DNA of 64,000 nucleotides from an uncultured Candidatus Saccharibacteria bacterium (GCA_964512835.1 CAZELA010000001.1:361372-425371); one strand, 5' to 3'. Numbered from the stretch's first letter, positions 49,170-58,286 are shown. Notes: generated by a model from the sequence alone, not told the origin. Numbers and translations: made by a program.

Positions 49170-49426
49170 GCACGCTTTCCGATTGCGGTGCGTGCGGTAG
49201 CTTGTGCCGTGCGACGTGCGGCACTCCGCCGTGTCATTTCGGCCTGAATCGCCTTAAACATCTTTTGGCGGATGTCTTTGCCGCAGTTGCCGTCGATGAC
49301 GCGCCACATGCGGTTCGTCTTTGCTGCCCACGATTGGTCGCTCGACGCTTGGTTGAGCGCAACGACCTTGTCGGTGAGTTCAGCCACTCGTTGTGAAGTG
49401 ATCATTCCGGATCCTCCGGCTTGCAT
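49166..49426 (-). CDS. hypothetical basic protein (upstream member of overlapping pair)
   Basis: Translationally coupled (4 nt overlap) to 48837..49169. Arg/Ala-rich C-terminus. Confidence 0.4.
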   Translation of the reverse strand: MQAGGSGMITSQRVAELTDKVVALNQASSDQSWAAKTNRMWRVIDGNCGKDIRQKMFKAIQAEMTRRSAARRTAQATARTAIGKRA

Positions 49427-49517
49427 TGCGGGGATACGCTGTACTGTGACAGATTATACCACCATGTGGCATGATTGTCCAGTGAATCGCACGAAAAAAG
49501 GGTTGTTTTGAGCCGCT

Positions 49518-49970
49518 TTAGCTCAAGAGTTCAGTAACGACAGCCTTTACGTCTGCGCCGTCAGCGGTACCGGCAAATTCTTTGATGACGGCACCCATAA
49601 GTTTACCGGCTCCTGCAGCATCGGTAATGCCAAGTTCTGCTTTCTTTGCTTCGGCAACCGCCCTGATCGCATCGCGCCCGACTGTCTGCGGCAAATAGAC
49701 TTCAAGAATTGCTAATTCAGCGGCTTCTTTTTCCGCTAGCTCAGGCCGATTGCCGGCGGTGAACTGCTCGATGGAATCTTTGCGCTGCTTTGCGAGGCGC
49801 TTTAAAACCGCGACTGCCTCCGGATCGGTCAGCTCTTCCGTGGGCTTTTTGCCCTTGGCGACGAGTTCGTTGGTAAACGCGGTCATTGCGCCGCGGAGTG
49901 TGTCGACTTTGATCTGTTCGCGGGCCTTCATCGCGGTGATCATGTCGGTCTTAATCTGGGCTGTAAGCAT
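49518..49970 (-). CDS. GatB/YqeY domain-containing protein
   Basis: Characteristic YqeY helical domain (…DMITAMKAREQIKVDTLRGAMTAF…AVLKRLAKQRKDSIEQF…). Start verified at ATG 49970. Confidence 0.8.
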   Translation of the reverse strand: MLTAQIKTDMITAMKAREQIKVDTLRGAMTAFTNELVAKGKKPTEELTDPEAVAVLKRLAKQRKDSIEQFTAGNRPELAEKEAAELAILEVYLPQTVGRDAIRAVAEAKKAELGITDAAGAGKLMGAVIKEFAGTADGADVKAVVTELLS

Positions 49971-50014
49971 GACGGGAGTATAGCAAAAGACACGACCGTA
50001 TTCACAGTCGTGTC

Positions 50015-50200
50015 TCACTTCTTATCGGCTCGGGTTCTTTGAGTCCGGCGGAATTTGCTGACGATCGTAGCCCAGATCCGGGACTCTTCTGATCGGCATG
50101 GGCCACAGATGAACCGCCCGTCGCGCGGTCTGCCCGTGAGCAAGATTCGCTCGTTGCCGCATGTCGGACAGATGCCGCGATGCTTGAGGGCTACCGCCAT
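50015..50200 (-). CDS. small zinc-ribbon protein (uncertain)
   Basis: CPTCG…CGPC pattern. Immediately upstream of and overlapping the YqeY gene on the minus strand. Real start uncertain. Confidence 0.3.
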   Translation of the reverse strand: MAVALKHRGICPTCGNERILLTGRPRDGRFICGPCRSEESRIWATIVSKFRRTQRTRADKK

Positions 50201-50512
50201 CCTACACTCGCGTGCTGGGTTGGCAGCTGACGTCAATCCGCAAAATCCGCTCGCTATTCGGGGGCGGGGTCAGCTGCTTGTCGTCATACATCTTTTGCAC
50301 CTGCCGTGACGCGAGTGCTTTGTTGCGCTCGCATATATGACCGAATTGTCGGTGGTATTCGCCGCCGGGCGGGTAAATGCGCTCGATTGCAGTGCGGCCG
50401 TCTGACAGCAAGAAGGTGACAATAGCGAGCGTTTCAAGCATGGGTCTCTCCCTCGGTTCTCTCTGTATTTAGCCACAGGGAGCGGGAATGTGCACGGTGG
50501 TACAATCCGTCC

Positions 50513-51604
50513 ATGGAAATTGTGATTATTGTCCTCCTTGCGGCTGTGCTCGTCGCGCTGCTTTTCCTGATCATGCGCAAAGCACCCGCGCAAACCGACC
50601 TGCAGAGTCTGCACTTGCTGCAAGGTCAGCTGGAGATGCTCAGAACAGCCGTCGATCAAAAGCTCGGAGAAGGTACCGATCGTATGTTCGAGGGCATGCG
50701 TGTTCAATCAGACCAGTCGCAGCGAACTATTTCGCAGATACAGCAGCAGCTGGATGCCATCACAAATCGGGTGTCTCAACAGCTCATGGAGGTCGTAAAG
50801 GGGGTAACTGAAACGAAAGAATCAACCAAGCAGGTATTTACGATCGCAGAACAACTGCAGAATCTGGAAAAGGTCCTCAAAAATCAGAAGCAGCGCGGCA
50901 ATCTCGGCGAGGCGTCGCTCGAGCTCATTCTTTCGAACGTGTTGCCCGGTCAGTACGAAGCGCAGTACATGTTCAAGGACGGCGAGAAGGTGGATTTCGC
51001 TATCAAGACCCGCGACGGCATCCTCCCTGTCGACGCGAAATTTCCGCTTGAAAACTACATCCGCATCATGGACGAGACCGATGATCAGCGGCGCGAGCTG
51101 TATCAGCGCGACTTTAAAAGTGACGTCAAGAAACGCATCGACGAAACGGCAAAATATATCCGTGAAGGCGAGGGTACGATGCCGTTTGCGATTATGTTTA
51201 TTCCGGCCGAGGGAATCTATTACGATCTTCTCAACAGTGACGTCGGCGTCGGTGTGAACTCACGCGACCTTATCGAATACGCATATCAAAAGAAGAATGT
51301 GATCATTGCATCGCCGACCACGTTCCTTGCGTACCTCCAGACGATTCTGTTCGGGAACCAGCGGGCAAAGATCCAGGAAACCGCAAAAGACATCATAAAA
51401 AACGTCGCAGACCTCGGTAAGCATCTCAATGCATATACCGATTCACACAATAGTCTCGGCAAATCACTCTCGGCGGCCGTCGGCCACTATGAAAAGGCGG
51501 GTAAGGCATTTAAGGCAATTAATAAAGATGTGGTGCGGATCACTAACGAGTCGAACGATATCGTGCTGGAGTCGGTAGAGAAGCCGACCTTGCTCGAAGA
51601 GTAA
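50513..51604 (+). CDS. rmuC: DNA recombination protein RmuC
   Basis: N-terminal TM, long coiled-coil, C-terminal RmuC nuclease-like domain (…IMFIPAEGIYYDLL…). TGgTACAAT extended -10 lies 6 nt upstream of the ATG. Confidence 0.85.
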   Translation: MEIVIIVLLAAVLVALLFLIMRKAPAQTDLQSLHLLQGQLEMLRTAVDQKLGEGTDRMFEGMRVQSDQSQRTISQIQQQLDAITNRVSQQLMEVVKGVTETKESTKQVFTIAEQLQNLEKVLKNQKQRGNLGEASLELILSNVLPGQYEAQYMFKDGEKVDFAIKTRDGILPVDAKFPLENYIRIMDETDDQRRELYQRDFKSDVKKRIDETAKYIREGEGTMPFAIMFIPAEGIYYDLLNSDVGVGVNSRDLIEYAYQKKNVIIASPTTFLAYLQTILFGNQRAKIQETAKDIIKNVADLGKHLNAYTDSHNSLGKSLSAAVGHYEKAGKAFKAINKDVVRITNESNDIVLESVEKPTLLEE

Positions 51605-51610
51605 AACGTA

Positions 51611-51634
51611 GAGGCTCGCGAAGACGCGAGCCTC
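51611..51634. terminator. terminator hairpin between convergent genes
   Basis: gaggctcgcg-aaga-cgcgagcctc, a perfect 10 bp stem, followed by a second hairpin ggcctgc-tca-gcaggc. Confidence 0.5.
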
Positions 51635-51649
51635 TGGTAGTCGGCCTGC

Positions 51650-51913
51650 TCAGCAGGCTTCAGGACCGTAGCCGACCACGAAATAACCGATAGCATTGTG
51701 AAGCGGCAGGCAGCGACTCTGAGCCTTCACCGCAGCAGACTTCGCGGCAGTGCTCCCGTGTCCGGGATTCCCCACTGAGAGTGTGACGGCGAGGGAAACG
51801 ATGGAAACCGCAAGGGCTACAATCGAGAGTGCAATTGGCAATTTCATTGGTAGCTCCGATGCTACGTGGGTAACGTCCGGGCAAAAAGTGCCACGATGTA
51901 CCATAGGTGTCAA
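51650..51913 (-). CDS. hypothetical small membrane protein (uncertain)
   Basis: Contains one strong TM (LPIALSIVALAVSIVSLAVTLSV). Real start may be internal. Confidence 0.3.
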   Translation of the reverse strand: MTPMVHRGTFCPDVTHVASELPMKLPIALSIVALAVSIVSLAVTLSVGNPGHGSTAAKSAAVKAQSRCLPLHNAIGYFVVGYGPEAC

Positions 51914-51941
51914 GGTATTTGGGCAGGAACAGGCTCAAAGG

Positions 51942-51970
51942 TTGCGTTTTTCAGGCTTTTTAGGTATAGT
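51942..51970 (+). promoter_or_regulatory. sigma70-like promoter of rplU
   Basis: TTGCGT-N17-TATAGT, with the -10 ending 13 nt upstream of the rplU ATG. Confidence 0.5.
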
Positions 51971-51983
51971 GCCGCGAACGTTT

Positions 51984-52301
51984 ATGGCAAAGATTGCAAT
52001 CATTCAGACAGGCGGCAAACAGTATGTTGTCGCAGAAAACGACATCATCGAGATCGAGCGTGTTGAGGGTGCAGAAAATGCAGGCGACAAGGTCACCTTT
52101 GACCAGGTCCTCCTCACCGACGACGGCAAGGCAGTATCTGTCGGTGCACCGCTCGTAAAGGGCGCAAAAGTTACCGGCGAGCTTGTTACAAACAAGCGCG
52201 GTCCGAAAGTCACCATCATCAAGTACAAACAAAAGTCCCGCTACTACAAGAAGCGAGGGCATCGCCAGGATCTTGCGAAGGTAAAGATCACTTCACTCTA
52301 A
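51984..52301 (+). CDS. rplU: 50S ribosomal protein L21
   Basis: MAKIAIIQTGGKQYVV…KYKQKSRYYKKRGHRQ is a classic bL21 sequence. No rpmA downstream. Confidence 0.9.
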   Translation: MAKIAIIQTGGKQYVVAENDIIEIERVEGAENAGDKVTFDQVLLTDDGKAVSVGAPLVKGAKVTGELVTNKRGPKVTIIKYKQKSRYYKKRGHRQDLAKVKITSL

Positions 52302-52304
52302 AAA

Positions 52305-52341
52305 AAGACAACGACCGCCGAAGAGGCGGTCGTTTTCTTTT
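52305..52341. terminator. bidirectional rho-independent terminator
   Basis: A-run, then acgaccgcc-gaaga-ggcggtcgt, then tttctttt. Confidence 0.65.
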
Positions 52342-52349
52342 GTGAGGTG

Positions 52350-52583
52350 CTATTCCATCTGGCGCTGTGCCAAGCGGAAGCGGCCCTCGCCCTGCTGCAT
52401 TACGTGCGGACTCGCGGATACCAGTCCTTTGAATCCGCCGGTAGTCATGCACTTGTGGAAGTTCATTTTTGCGCCGGCGACCGGGATCGCGTCCGGATTA
52501 CACATCCGGAACATGTGCTTATTGTGCTCATTCTCGACGACCATGCACTTGAGACAGAGGACACGTGCCATTGCCACCTCCAT
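52350..52583 (-). CDS. hypothetical Cys-rich small protein
   Basis: CLKC…C…HKC pattern. Ends at the shared terminator. No recognised family. Confidence 0.3.
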   Translation of the reverse strand: MEVAMARVLCLKCMVVENEHNKHMFRMCNPDAIPVAGAKMNFHKCMTTGGFKGLVSASPHVMQQGEGRFRLAQRQME

Positions 52584-52635
52584 TGCTGCATAAATCGTAG
52601 CAACTACGCGAGCAGATTGCTGCGAAATGCCTGTG

Positions 52636-52668
52636 TATAAAAAACGGGACCGCCGAAGCGGGTCCCGT
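52636..52668 (-). terminator. rho-independent terminator (paralog A)
   Basis: cgggaccgcc-gaag-cgggtcccg. On the minus strand it is followed by uuuuuuaua. Confidence 0.55.
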
Positions 52669-52691
52669 CGTGCAGTGTGCGTGGTGGTCGA

Positions 52692-53000
52692 TTAGGAAAT
52701 ATTCATGCGCGTGATCCGCGTGCCCTGTTCGCGTGCCAACCATCGTGCGATGTCGGCATACTCCATTCGTGACCAAACGGAATCTCCCGATCCGAAGGCG
52801 CCGCTTCTGATTCGTCGCGCTGCGTTCCAGTAGAACCCCCACAGGAGCGACACGATGAGGCCGAACATGACGGCCGATGCCCATGTCTCCTGATTCAACA
52901 GTACGACAACGGAGTAGACCGCGAGCACGACTGTTACAAATACGTAGCGCGTCCGGCAAGCGTGCCGGTAGCGGGCGAGTACCGCATCAAAGTTTTCCAT
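52692..53000 (-). CDS. small 2-TM membrane protein, paralog A (RIRSGAFGS motif)
   Basis: Shares architecture and the motif ARRIRSGAFGS with 53112..53387. Start at the internal ATG (MENFDAV…). Confidence 0.45.
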   Translation of the reverse strand: MENFDAVLARYRHACRTRYVFVTVVLAVYSVVVLLNQETWASAVMFGLIVSLLWGFYWNAARRIRSGAFGSGDSVWSRMEYADIARWLAREQGTRITRMNIS

Positions 53001-53061
53001 GTGATCACCTCCGTGTCGCAGCATGACAACGGCCGGCGCTCATGTCAACGATTCATCGTTC

Positions 53062-53094
53062 GACAAAAAAGAGGGACCGCCGAAGCGGTCCCGT
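53062..53094 (-). terminator. rho-independent terminator (paralog B)
   Basis: gggaccgc-cgaa-gcggtccc preceded by A6 on the plus strand. Nearly identical to the paralog A terminator. Confidence 0.55.
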
Positions 53095-53111
53095 TAGTTC
53101 TGTACCCGAGC

Positions 53112-53387
53112 TTAGCCGGCATTCGCGCCGTCACGCGCATGTTTCCATCGCATGAAGTTTTCGGTCTCCCGTGGGCTACCGAAGGCCCCGCTTCTGATCC
53201 GTGTCGCTATGCGGCGGTAGTACAGCCATACGGCAACGACAAGCGCGATGCAGAGCCCTTGGCCTACAAAGCCGCGCTCGATTGCGTGGAGCGCTCCGGC
53301 GGCAACCGTAGCGGCAAGAGAGATCAGACGATACATGCTGCGCTTGGTACTCAGATACGCTTCGAACGTTTCAATCCTATCCTTCAT
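53112..53387 (-). CDS. small 2-TM membrane protein, paralog B (RIRSGAFGS motif)
   Basis: MKDRIETFEAYL… N-terminus parallels MENFDAVLARY… of paralog A. Same motif ATRIRSGAFGS. Confidence 0.45.
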   Translation of the reverse strand: MKDRIETFEAYLSTKRSMYRLISLAATVAAGALHAIERGFVGQGLCIALVVAVWLYYRRIATRIRSGAFGSPRETENFMRWKHARDGANAG

Positions 53388-53430
53388 TCAACACCTCCGG
53401 GGAGTAGCATGCGCCATCGAGCGGTTACGG

Positions 53431-54036
53431 TCAACGGCGTGAAGCCATCGCGCTTTTGATTGTTTCGGGATCAGCGTACTCAAGCTCCGAGCCCGTTGAA
53501 AGTCCGCGCCCGAGTGAGGTGATGGTGAGCATGGGGAACTGATCGGTGATCTCTTCACGCAGGCGCACCGCCGTCGCGTCACCCTCCGGGTTGGCAGGAA
53601 ATGCGAGGATTACTTCGTTCAACTCGAATCTGTCCTTGAGCGTCCGCATCAGCTCCTTTACGCGCAGACCGGTCATCTGCTCAGACGCAAGCGAAATCGT
53701 GCCACCGATCACGAAATAGCGGCCTCGGTATGTACCGCTGCGCTCGATCGCGAGCAGATCAGCGTCAGACGCGATTACCGACAATAGCGTGTCGTCTCGC
53801 TCAGGGTTCGAGCAGATGCTGCACGTGTCCGATTTGATCGCCCGTGCCGTACCGAAGAAGCGCATACAGCTTTTGCATTGCGACACACTGCCGCCGAGCT
53901 CCTGAACGGATTCGATAAATTCTCGTCGTAGCGAAGGAGATGAGCGCAATAAGTACTGCACGAACCGCTGCGCCTGGCGCGGTCCGATACCGGGAAATTT
54001 TTCAAATAAATTCGAGAGTCGCTCGATGGGATCCAT
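53431..54036 (-). CDS. recR: recombination protein RecR
   Basis: HhH (…FPGIGPRQAQR…), C4 zinc finger (CKSC…CSIC), Toprim domain. Confidence 0.85.
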   Translation of the reverse strand: MDPIERLSNLFEKFPGIGPRQAQRFVQYLLRSSPSLRREFIESVQELGGSVSQCKSCMRFFGTARAIKSDTCSICSNPERDDTLLSVIASDADLLAIERSGTYRGRYFVIGGTISLASEQMTGLRVKELMRTLKDRFELNEVILAFPANPEGDATAVRLREEITDQFPMLTITSLGRGLSTGSELEYADPETIKSAMASRR

Positions 54037-54055
54037 GGAGCCGAGTATACCAATG

Positions 54056-55525
54056 TTAGAACGGAGCGCTTTCGCCGCCGCCTTCAATGGTGGCTTCGGT
54101 TACAAAATCCCCGAAATCACTCTTGTCGATGGACAAGAACGTGGCCTTTTCTTCGTCGAACCGCAACGAAACCTTGCCGATGGGACCGTTGCGGTGCTTT
54201 TCAACCAAGACTTCCGCTATGCCGTTCTTGTCGTTCTCGGCACGGTTGCCCTGCATGTCCTCGCGGTGGATAAACATAACAATGTCGGCATCTTGTTCGA
54301 TAGAACCGGAGTCTCGCAGGTCGGAGAGACGCGGTCGGCCCCCTCGTTGCTCGACTGCGCGAGAGAGCTGCGAAAGCGCAATGACCGGCACGTCCAGTTC
54401 GCGTGCCATCCCTTTAAGGGACCGAGAGATCTCGGTAACTTGCTGCACCAGGTTGTCTTTCGCCCTGGTGTCAGACGGCACAATGAGCTGAAGGTAGTCG
54501 ACGATAATGAGCCCCAGATCCTTTTCCGCTTTGAGGCGTCGTGCGACGGATCGCATCGAAAGAATTGTTGCTCCCGGTGCGTCATCAATATATATAGGAG
54601 CCTCAGAAAGGGTTGCAATCCCGTGCTGCAGACGCTCAAAGTCGTCGTCTTTACGGATTTTGCCGGTACGGAGCTGCCACGAGTTCACTTTTGCCTCCGC
54701 TGCGAGCATACGGTCGACAAGCTGCTGCGATGACATTTCGAGTGAAAAAATTCCGACCGGTGTTTTGTGTTTAACCGCAGTTTGTCTCGCAATGTCGAGT
54801 GCGAGCGATGTTTTACCCATCGAGGGGCGGGCGGCAAGGATAATGAGGTCGGACTTTTGAAAACCGGAGAGCATGTTGTCGAGGGCGGGGAAGCCGGACG
54901 GAACGCCGCGCATGGCACCGTCGTCCTTCTGCAACTTTTCGAGGCGTTCCCACGCCTCGGCCAGCTCGTCTTTGAGCTGTGAGAACTTTCGGACGCTGGA
55001 GCCCTGAGTAATCGCAAATATAGAGCGTTCGGCCTCGTCGAGTACCGATTCCACTTCACGCTCCTCCTGAAACCCGAGTTCAGAAATATTGATACCGGCA
55101 TCAATGAGTTTACGTAGGTTTGATTTTGTTTGTACGATCTCTGCGTAATGCTTCGCGACTCCGGGTGAGACCGATAGGTTCGAGAGTTCAGCGAGTGCCG
55201 ACAGACCCCCGACGTCTTCCAGTTGTTTGCGATCCTTCAACAAGCCCGCAACGGTTTGCACGTCAACCGGCGTCCCTTTTCCGTACAGCGAGAGCATCGC
55301 GTCAAAGATGGTGCGATGCATGCCTGAGTAAAATGAATCAACCTGTACGACGTCCACGACATCGTACATCGCCCCGGAATTCAAAAGGAGGGTCCCCAAA
55401 AGCGCTCGCTCAGCATCAAGGTTCTGCGGCGGAATGCGCACGCTGGGGTATGCGGGACTGGTCACGCGGCGACCGGTCTCAGGGATGTCTCGTTTTTGCC
55501 GCGATCTGTTACGGTCTGCGTCCAT
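54056..55525 (-). CDS. dnaB: replicative DNA helicase DnaB
   Basis: N-terminal DnaB domain (…NLDAERALLGTLLL…), Walker A (ARPSMGKTS), RecA-like core motifs. Confidence 0.9.
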   Translation of the reverse strand: MDADRNRSRQKRDIPETGRRVTSPAYPSVRIPPQNLDAERALLGTLLLNSGAMYDVVDVVQVDSFYSGMHRTIFDAMLSLYGKGTPVDVQTVAGLLKDRKQLEDVGGLSALAELSNLSVSPGVAKHYAEIVQTKSNLRKLIDAGINISELGFQEEREVESVLDEAERSIFAITQGSSVRKFSQLKDELAEAWERLEKLQKDDGAMRGVPSGFPALDNMLSGFQKSDLIILAARPSMGKTSLALDIARQTAVKHKTPVGIFSLEMSSQQLVDRMLAAEAKVNSWQLRTGKIRKDDDFERLQHGIATLSEAPIYIDDAPGATILSMRSVARRLKAEKDLGLIIVDYLQLIVPSDTRAKDNLVQQVTEISRSLKGMARELDVPVIALSQLSRAVEQRGGRPRLSDLRDSGSIEQDADIVMFIHREDMQGNRAENDKNGIAEVLVEKHRNGPIGKVSLRFDEEKATFLSIDKSDFGDFVTEATIEGGGESAPF

Positions 55526-55730
55526 ACGGGCATAGTAACCCACCTGTATGGGCTTCCGGTGTGCGTGGTTCCCGGCTATCCGAGGATATGGTGTGGATAG
55601 CCGAGCACGTCTTTTAGGGCCTCAGGTGGCCCCTTGACGGCCCCGTGGGGATTTGATACAACCTAAACCACAGGTGTAAAAATAGTCAAATTTAGCGCCG
55701 CAAACACATTTTAGATAATCACTTTTAACC

Positions 55731-56753
55731 ATGCTTTCATTCTCACCGAAGATCGTGACGAAGGAGCTTTTGCTCGAATTGCCGGACCGCTCGCGCCGCG
55801 TGCTTGTTGACCGATTCGGTCTCTCGCAAAAGGGTGAGCAGCGCACGCTCGATGCCATCGGTCAGGAGTACGGTATTACGCGAGAGCGCATCCGTCAGAT
55901 CGAAAATCACGGTATCGCTGCTGTTCGTGACTCTGATTCGTACACGACGCACGAGCCGACGCTCGAAGACCTCAAGAAGGCACTCATTACGCTCGGTTCA
56001 GTCCTCGCGGAAGAAACCGTGCTCGAACACGTCGCAAAGCAAGAGGCGGATCACAATCACATCGTCTTTTTGCTTACTGTCGGTCATCCGTTTCAGTTTG
56101 CGCGAGAGAACAACGATTTCAAGGCGCGCTGGCACGTCGACGAACAGCTCTCGGAGCAGGTAGAGAACGCGCTCCAGAATCTGTACGAGTCACTCGAACC
56201 GAATCGCCTCACGCCGGAAGACGAGTTTTTGCAGCTTTTCTCGAAGTACCTCAAGCAGGAGGGTGTAAAGACCCGGCCGGACGAAGTCCTGTCGCGTTGG
56301 CTCATGATATCGAAGCGCATCGGTCGCAATCCGCTCGGTGAGTGGGGTCGCACCGAATCGCCTCATGTTCGCATCAAGAACACCCGCGATTTCGCATACC
56401 TTACGCTCAAACGACACGGATCCCCGATGCACTTCACAGAAGTCGCTCAGGGTATCGAAAAGCTGTTCGGTCGCGAGACTCATCCGGCAACGACGCACAA
56501 TGAACTGATTAAGGACGGTCGTTTCGTGCTCGTAGGCCGCGGACTCTATGCGCTCAAAGAGTGGGGGTATGAGCCGGGCGTGGTCCGCGATGTCATCCGC
56601 GGAATTCTGGAACGCGAAGGTCCGCTTTCGCGCGAAGACATCATCGACCGCGTAAAGCGAGAACGATACGTCAAAGATGCAACCATTGCAGTTAATCTTC
56701 AGAACGGCATGTTCGTTCGACAGAATGACGGCCGATACGCTCTGACTAAATAA
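55731..56753 (+). CDS. sigma-70 region-4-like HTH plus C-terminal HARE-HTH domain protein
   Basis: N-terminal LDAIGQEYGITRERIRQIENHGI matches the sigma70 region 4.2 HTH. The C-terminal ~70 aa (…FAYLTLKRHGSPMHFTEVAQGIEKLFG…GRGLYALKEW) resembles the HARE-HTH of the RNAP delta subunit. Confidence 0.5.
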   Translation: MLSFSPKIVTKELLLELPDRSRRVLVDRFGLSQKGEQRTLDAIGQEYGITRERIRQIENHGIAAVRDSDSYTTHEPTLEDLKKALITLGSVLAEETVLEHVAKQEADHNHIVFLLTVGHPFQFARENNDFKARWHVDEQLSEQVENALQNLYESLEPNRLTPEDEFLQLFSKYLKQEGVKTRPDEVLSRWLMISKRIGRNPLGEWGRTESPHVRIKNTRDFAYLTLKRHGSPMHFTEVAQGIEKLFGRETHPATTHNELIKDGRFVLVGRGLYALKEWGYEPGVVRDVIRGILEREGPLSREDIIDRVKRERYVKDATIAVNLQNGMFVRQNDGRYALTK

Positions 56754-56837
56754 CGAATGTAACGCAAAAGACCGCCGCGAGGCGGTCTTTTGCTTTTCAT
56801 GAGGAAATGTCTCGTCGCCGCGTGATATTATTTTTGA

Positions 56838-58286
56838 ATGTCTGGAGGTCATGGAGAACTCGGCGACGGACACACACCGTTGGACTTTGTCGTGTGGTTC
56901 ATAAAACTGGTATTTAATCTTGAAGAGCAGGTTAAATATGTCGGCAACTGGGGTGTCTCACGTGCACTGTATTTGTCGGCGGCCTACATCGGCTTGTTCG
57001 TGATCCTCGGGCACCTGATTCCGAACCTCCCCGGATTTACGTTTCGTTGGATGATCGGGACCGCGCCAATCTGGCTGCCCGCTGCGCTCTGGGTTATGTG
57101 CTGGAACGCATGGATCTGGTATATACAGGCACTCTTTCTTTCCGGCCGAAACCCGGTGCTCCTAGAGATGCGTATGCCACGAGAAATATCGAAGTCGCCG
57201 CGTGCGATGGAGCTCGCAATATCGAATCTTTCAACATCATCCGGTGAAACAACGTTTGTTCATCGCGCGTGGAAAGGACAGATTCGCACCTATTTCTCTT
57301 TCGAGATCGCAAGTTTCGGCGGTGAAGTGCACTTCTATATATGGTGTTGGAAAAACTACCGGGCTGCTGTTGAGGCGGGACTGTACGCGCACTATCCGGA
57401 GATCGAGCTTGTGGAAGTTGAGGACTACGCGTCGAAGTTCCGATACGATCCCTCGGTTCATGCTGCATTCTGTACCGACTGGCGTCGCGAGACGTACGTG
57501 CCCGGACCGAAAACTGGTTCGCGCAATGTTGATGCCTATCCGATCAAGACATACATCGACTTTGAGCTCGACAAAGACCCGAAAGAGGAACATAAGGTTG
57601 AGCCGCTCGCGCAGGTCATCGAATATTTTTCTTCTCTCAAGCCGAATGAGCAGGCGTGGGCGCAGATTGTCGTGCGAAAGGCGGGCAACTACGACGGCGT
57701 TTTGTTTCCGGCCGACATGGATCACGAGTGGCAAGATGCGGTGCGGGCCGAGATCAACCGTGTACAGTTCGTAGCAACCAGTCGCCCGAAGGATCCGGAC
57801 GGTCACGGGGACCCTCATACTGATGACGACCGCTCTCAGTTCCCGCGCCCCAGCGAATCTCAAAGAGAGCAGTTGGTCGCTATGGAACGCAATTTTGGTA
57901 AATTTGCATTCGAGGTCGGTATGCGCGGTTGCTATATCTCAACCGGAGATCTGCACGGTCCTACCTACGGCGGTATGAGATACCTCTGGCGCCCGTTCAA
58001 TAACGCACAATACCGGTCCTCGCTGAAACCGAAGCGCTGGACCAACGATTTTGACTACCCGTGGCAAGACATCAACGGAATTCGCAACGTTAATCAGACC
58101 CGTCGTTTCCTCGATGCATACCGCCGTCGCAGCTTTTACACGTCACCATGGAAAACACCGACATTTATTATGACGAATGAGGAGCTTGCAAGTATTTGGC
58201 ACCCGCCGAGCGCAACGGTGCAGGCGCCGGGCTTGGCACGCATACCGGCCACAAAGGCTTCCGCTCCGGCCAACTTGCCGCGATGA
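56838..58286 (+). CDS. large hypothetical membrane protein (N-terminal 3-4 TM + ~350 aa Trp/Tyr-rich soluble domain)
   Basis: No recognisable catalytic motifs. Conserved-looking blocks (…CYISTGDLHGPTYGGMRYLWRPFNNAQY…TPTFIMTNEELASIWHPPS). Overlaps mltG start by 4 nt. Confidence 0.45.
   Translation: MSGGHGELGDGHTPLDFVVWFIKLVFNLEEQVKYVGNWGVSRALYLSAAYIGLFVILGHLIPNLPGFTFRWMIGTAPIWLPAALWVMCWNAWIWYIQALFLSGRNPVLLEMRMPREISKSPRAMELAISNLSTSSGETTFVHRAWKGQIRTYFSFEIASFGGEVHFYIWCWKNYRAAVEAGLYAHYPEIELVEVEDYASKFRYDPSVHAAFCTDWRRETYVPGPKTGSRNVDAYPIKTYIDFELDKDPKEEHKVEPLAQVIEYFSSLKPNEQAWAQIVVRKAGNYDGVLFPADMDHEWQDAVRAEINRVQFVATSRPKDPDGHGDPHTDDDRSQFPRPSESQREQLVAMERNFGKFAFEVGMRGCYISTGDLHGPTYGGMRYLWRPFNNAQYRSSLKPKRWTNDFDYPWQDINGIRNVNQTRRFLDAYRRRSFYTSPWKTPTFIMTNEELASIWHPPSATVQAPGLARIPATKASAPANLPR

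Noticed and set aside
50202-50441. 79-aa minus-strand ORF overlapping the small zinc-ribbon ORF and the rmuC upstream region
   Set aside because: Overlaps the rmuC promoter region and another ORF. No motifs. Likely spurious.
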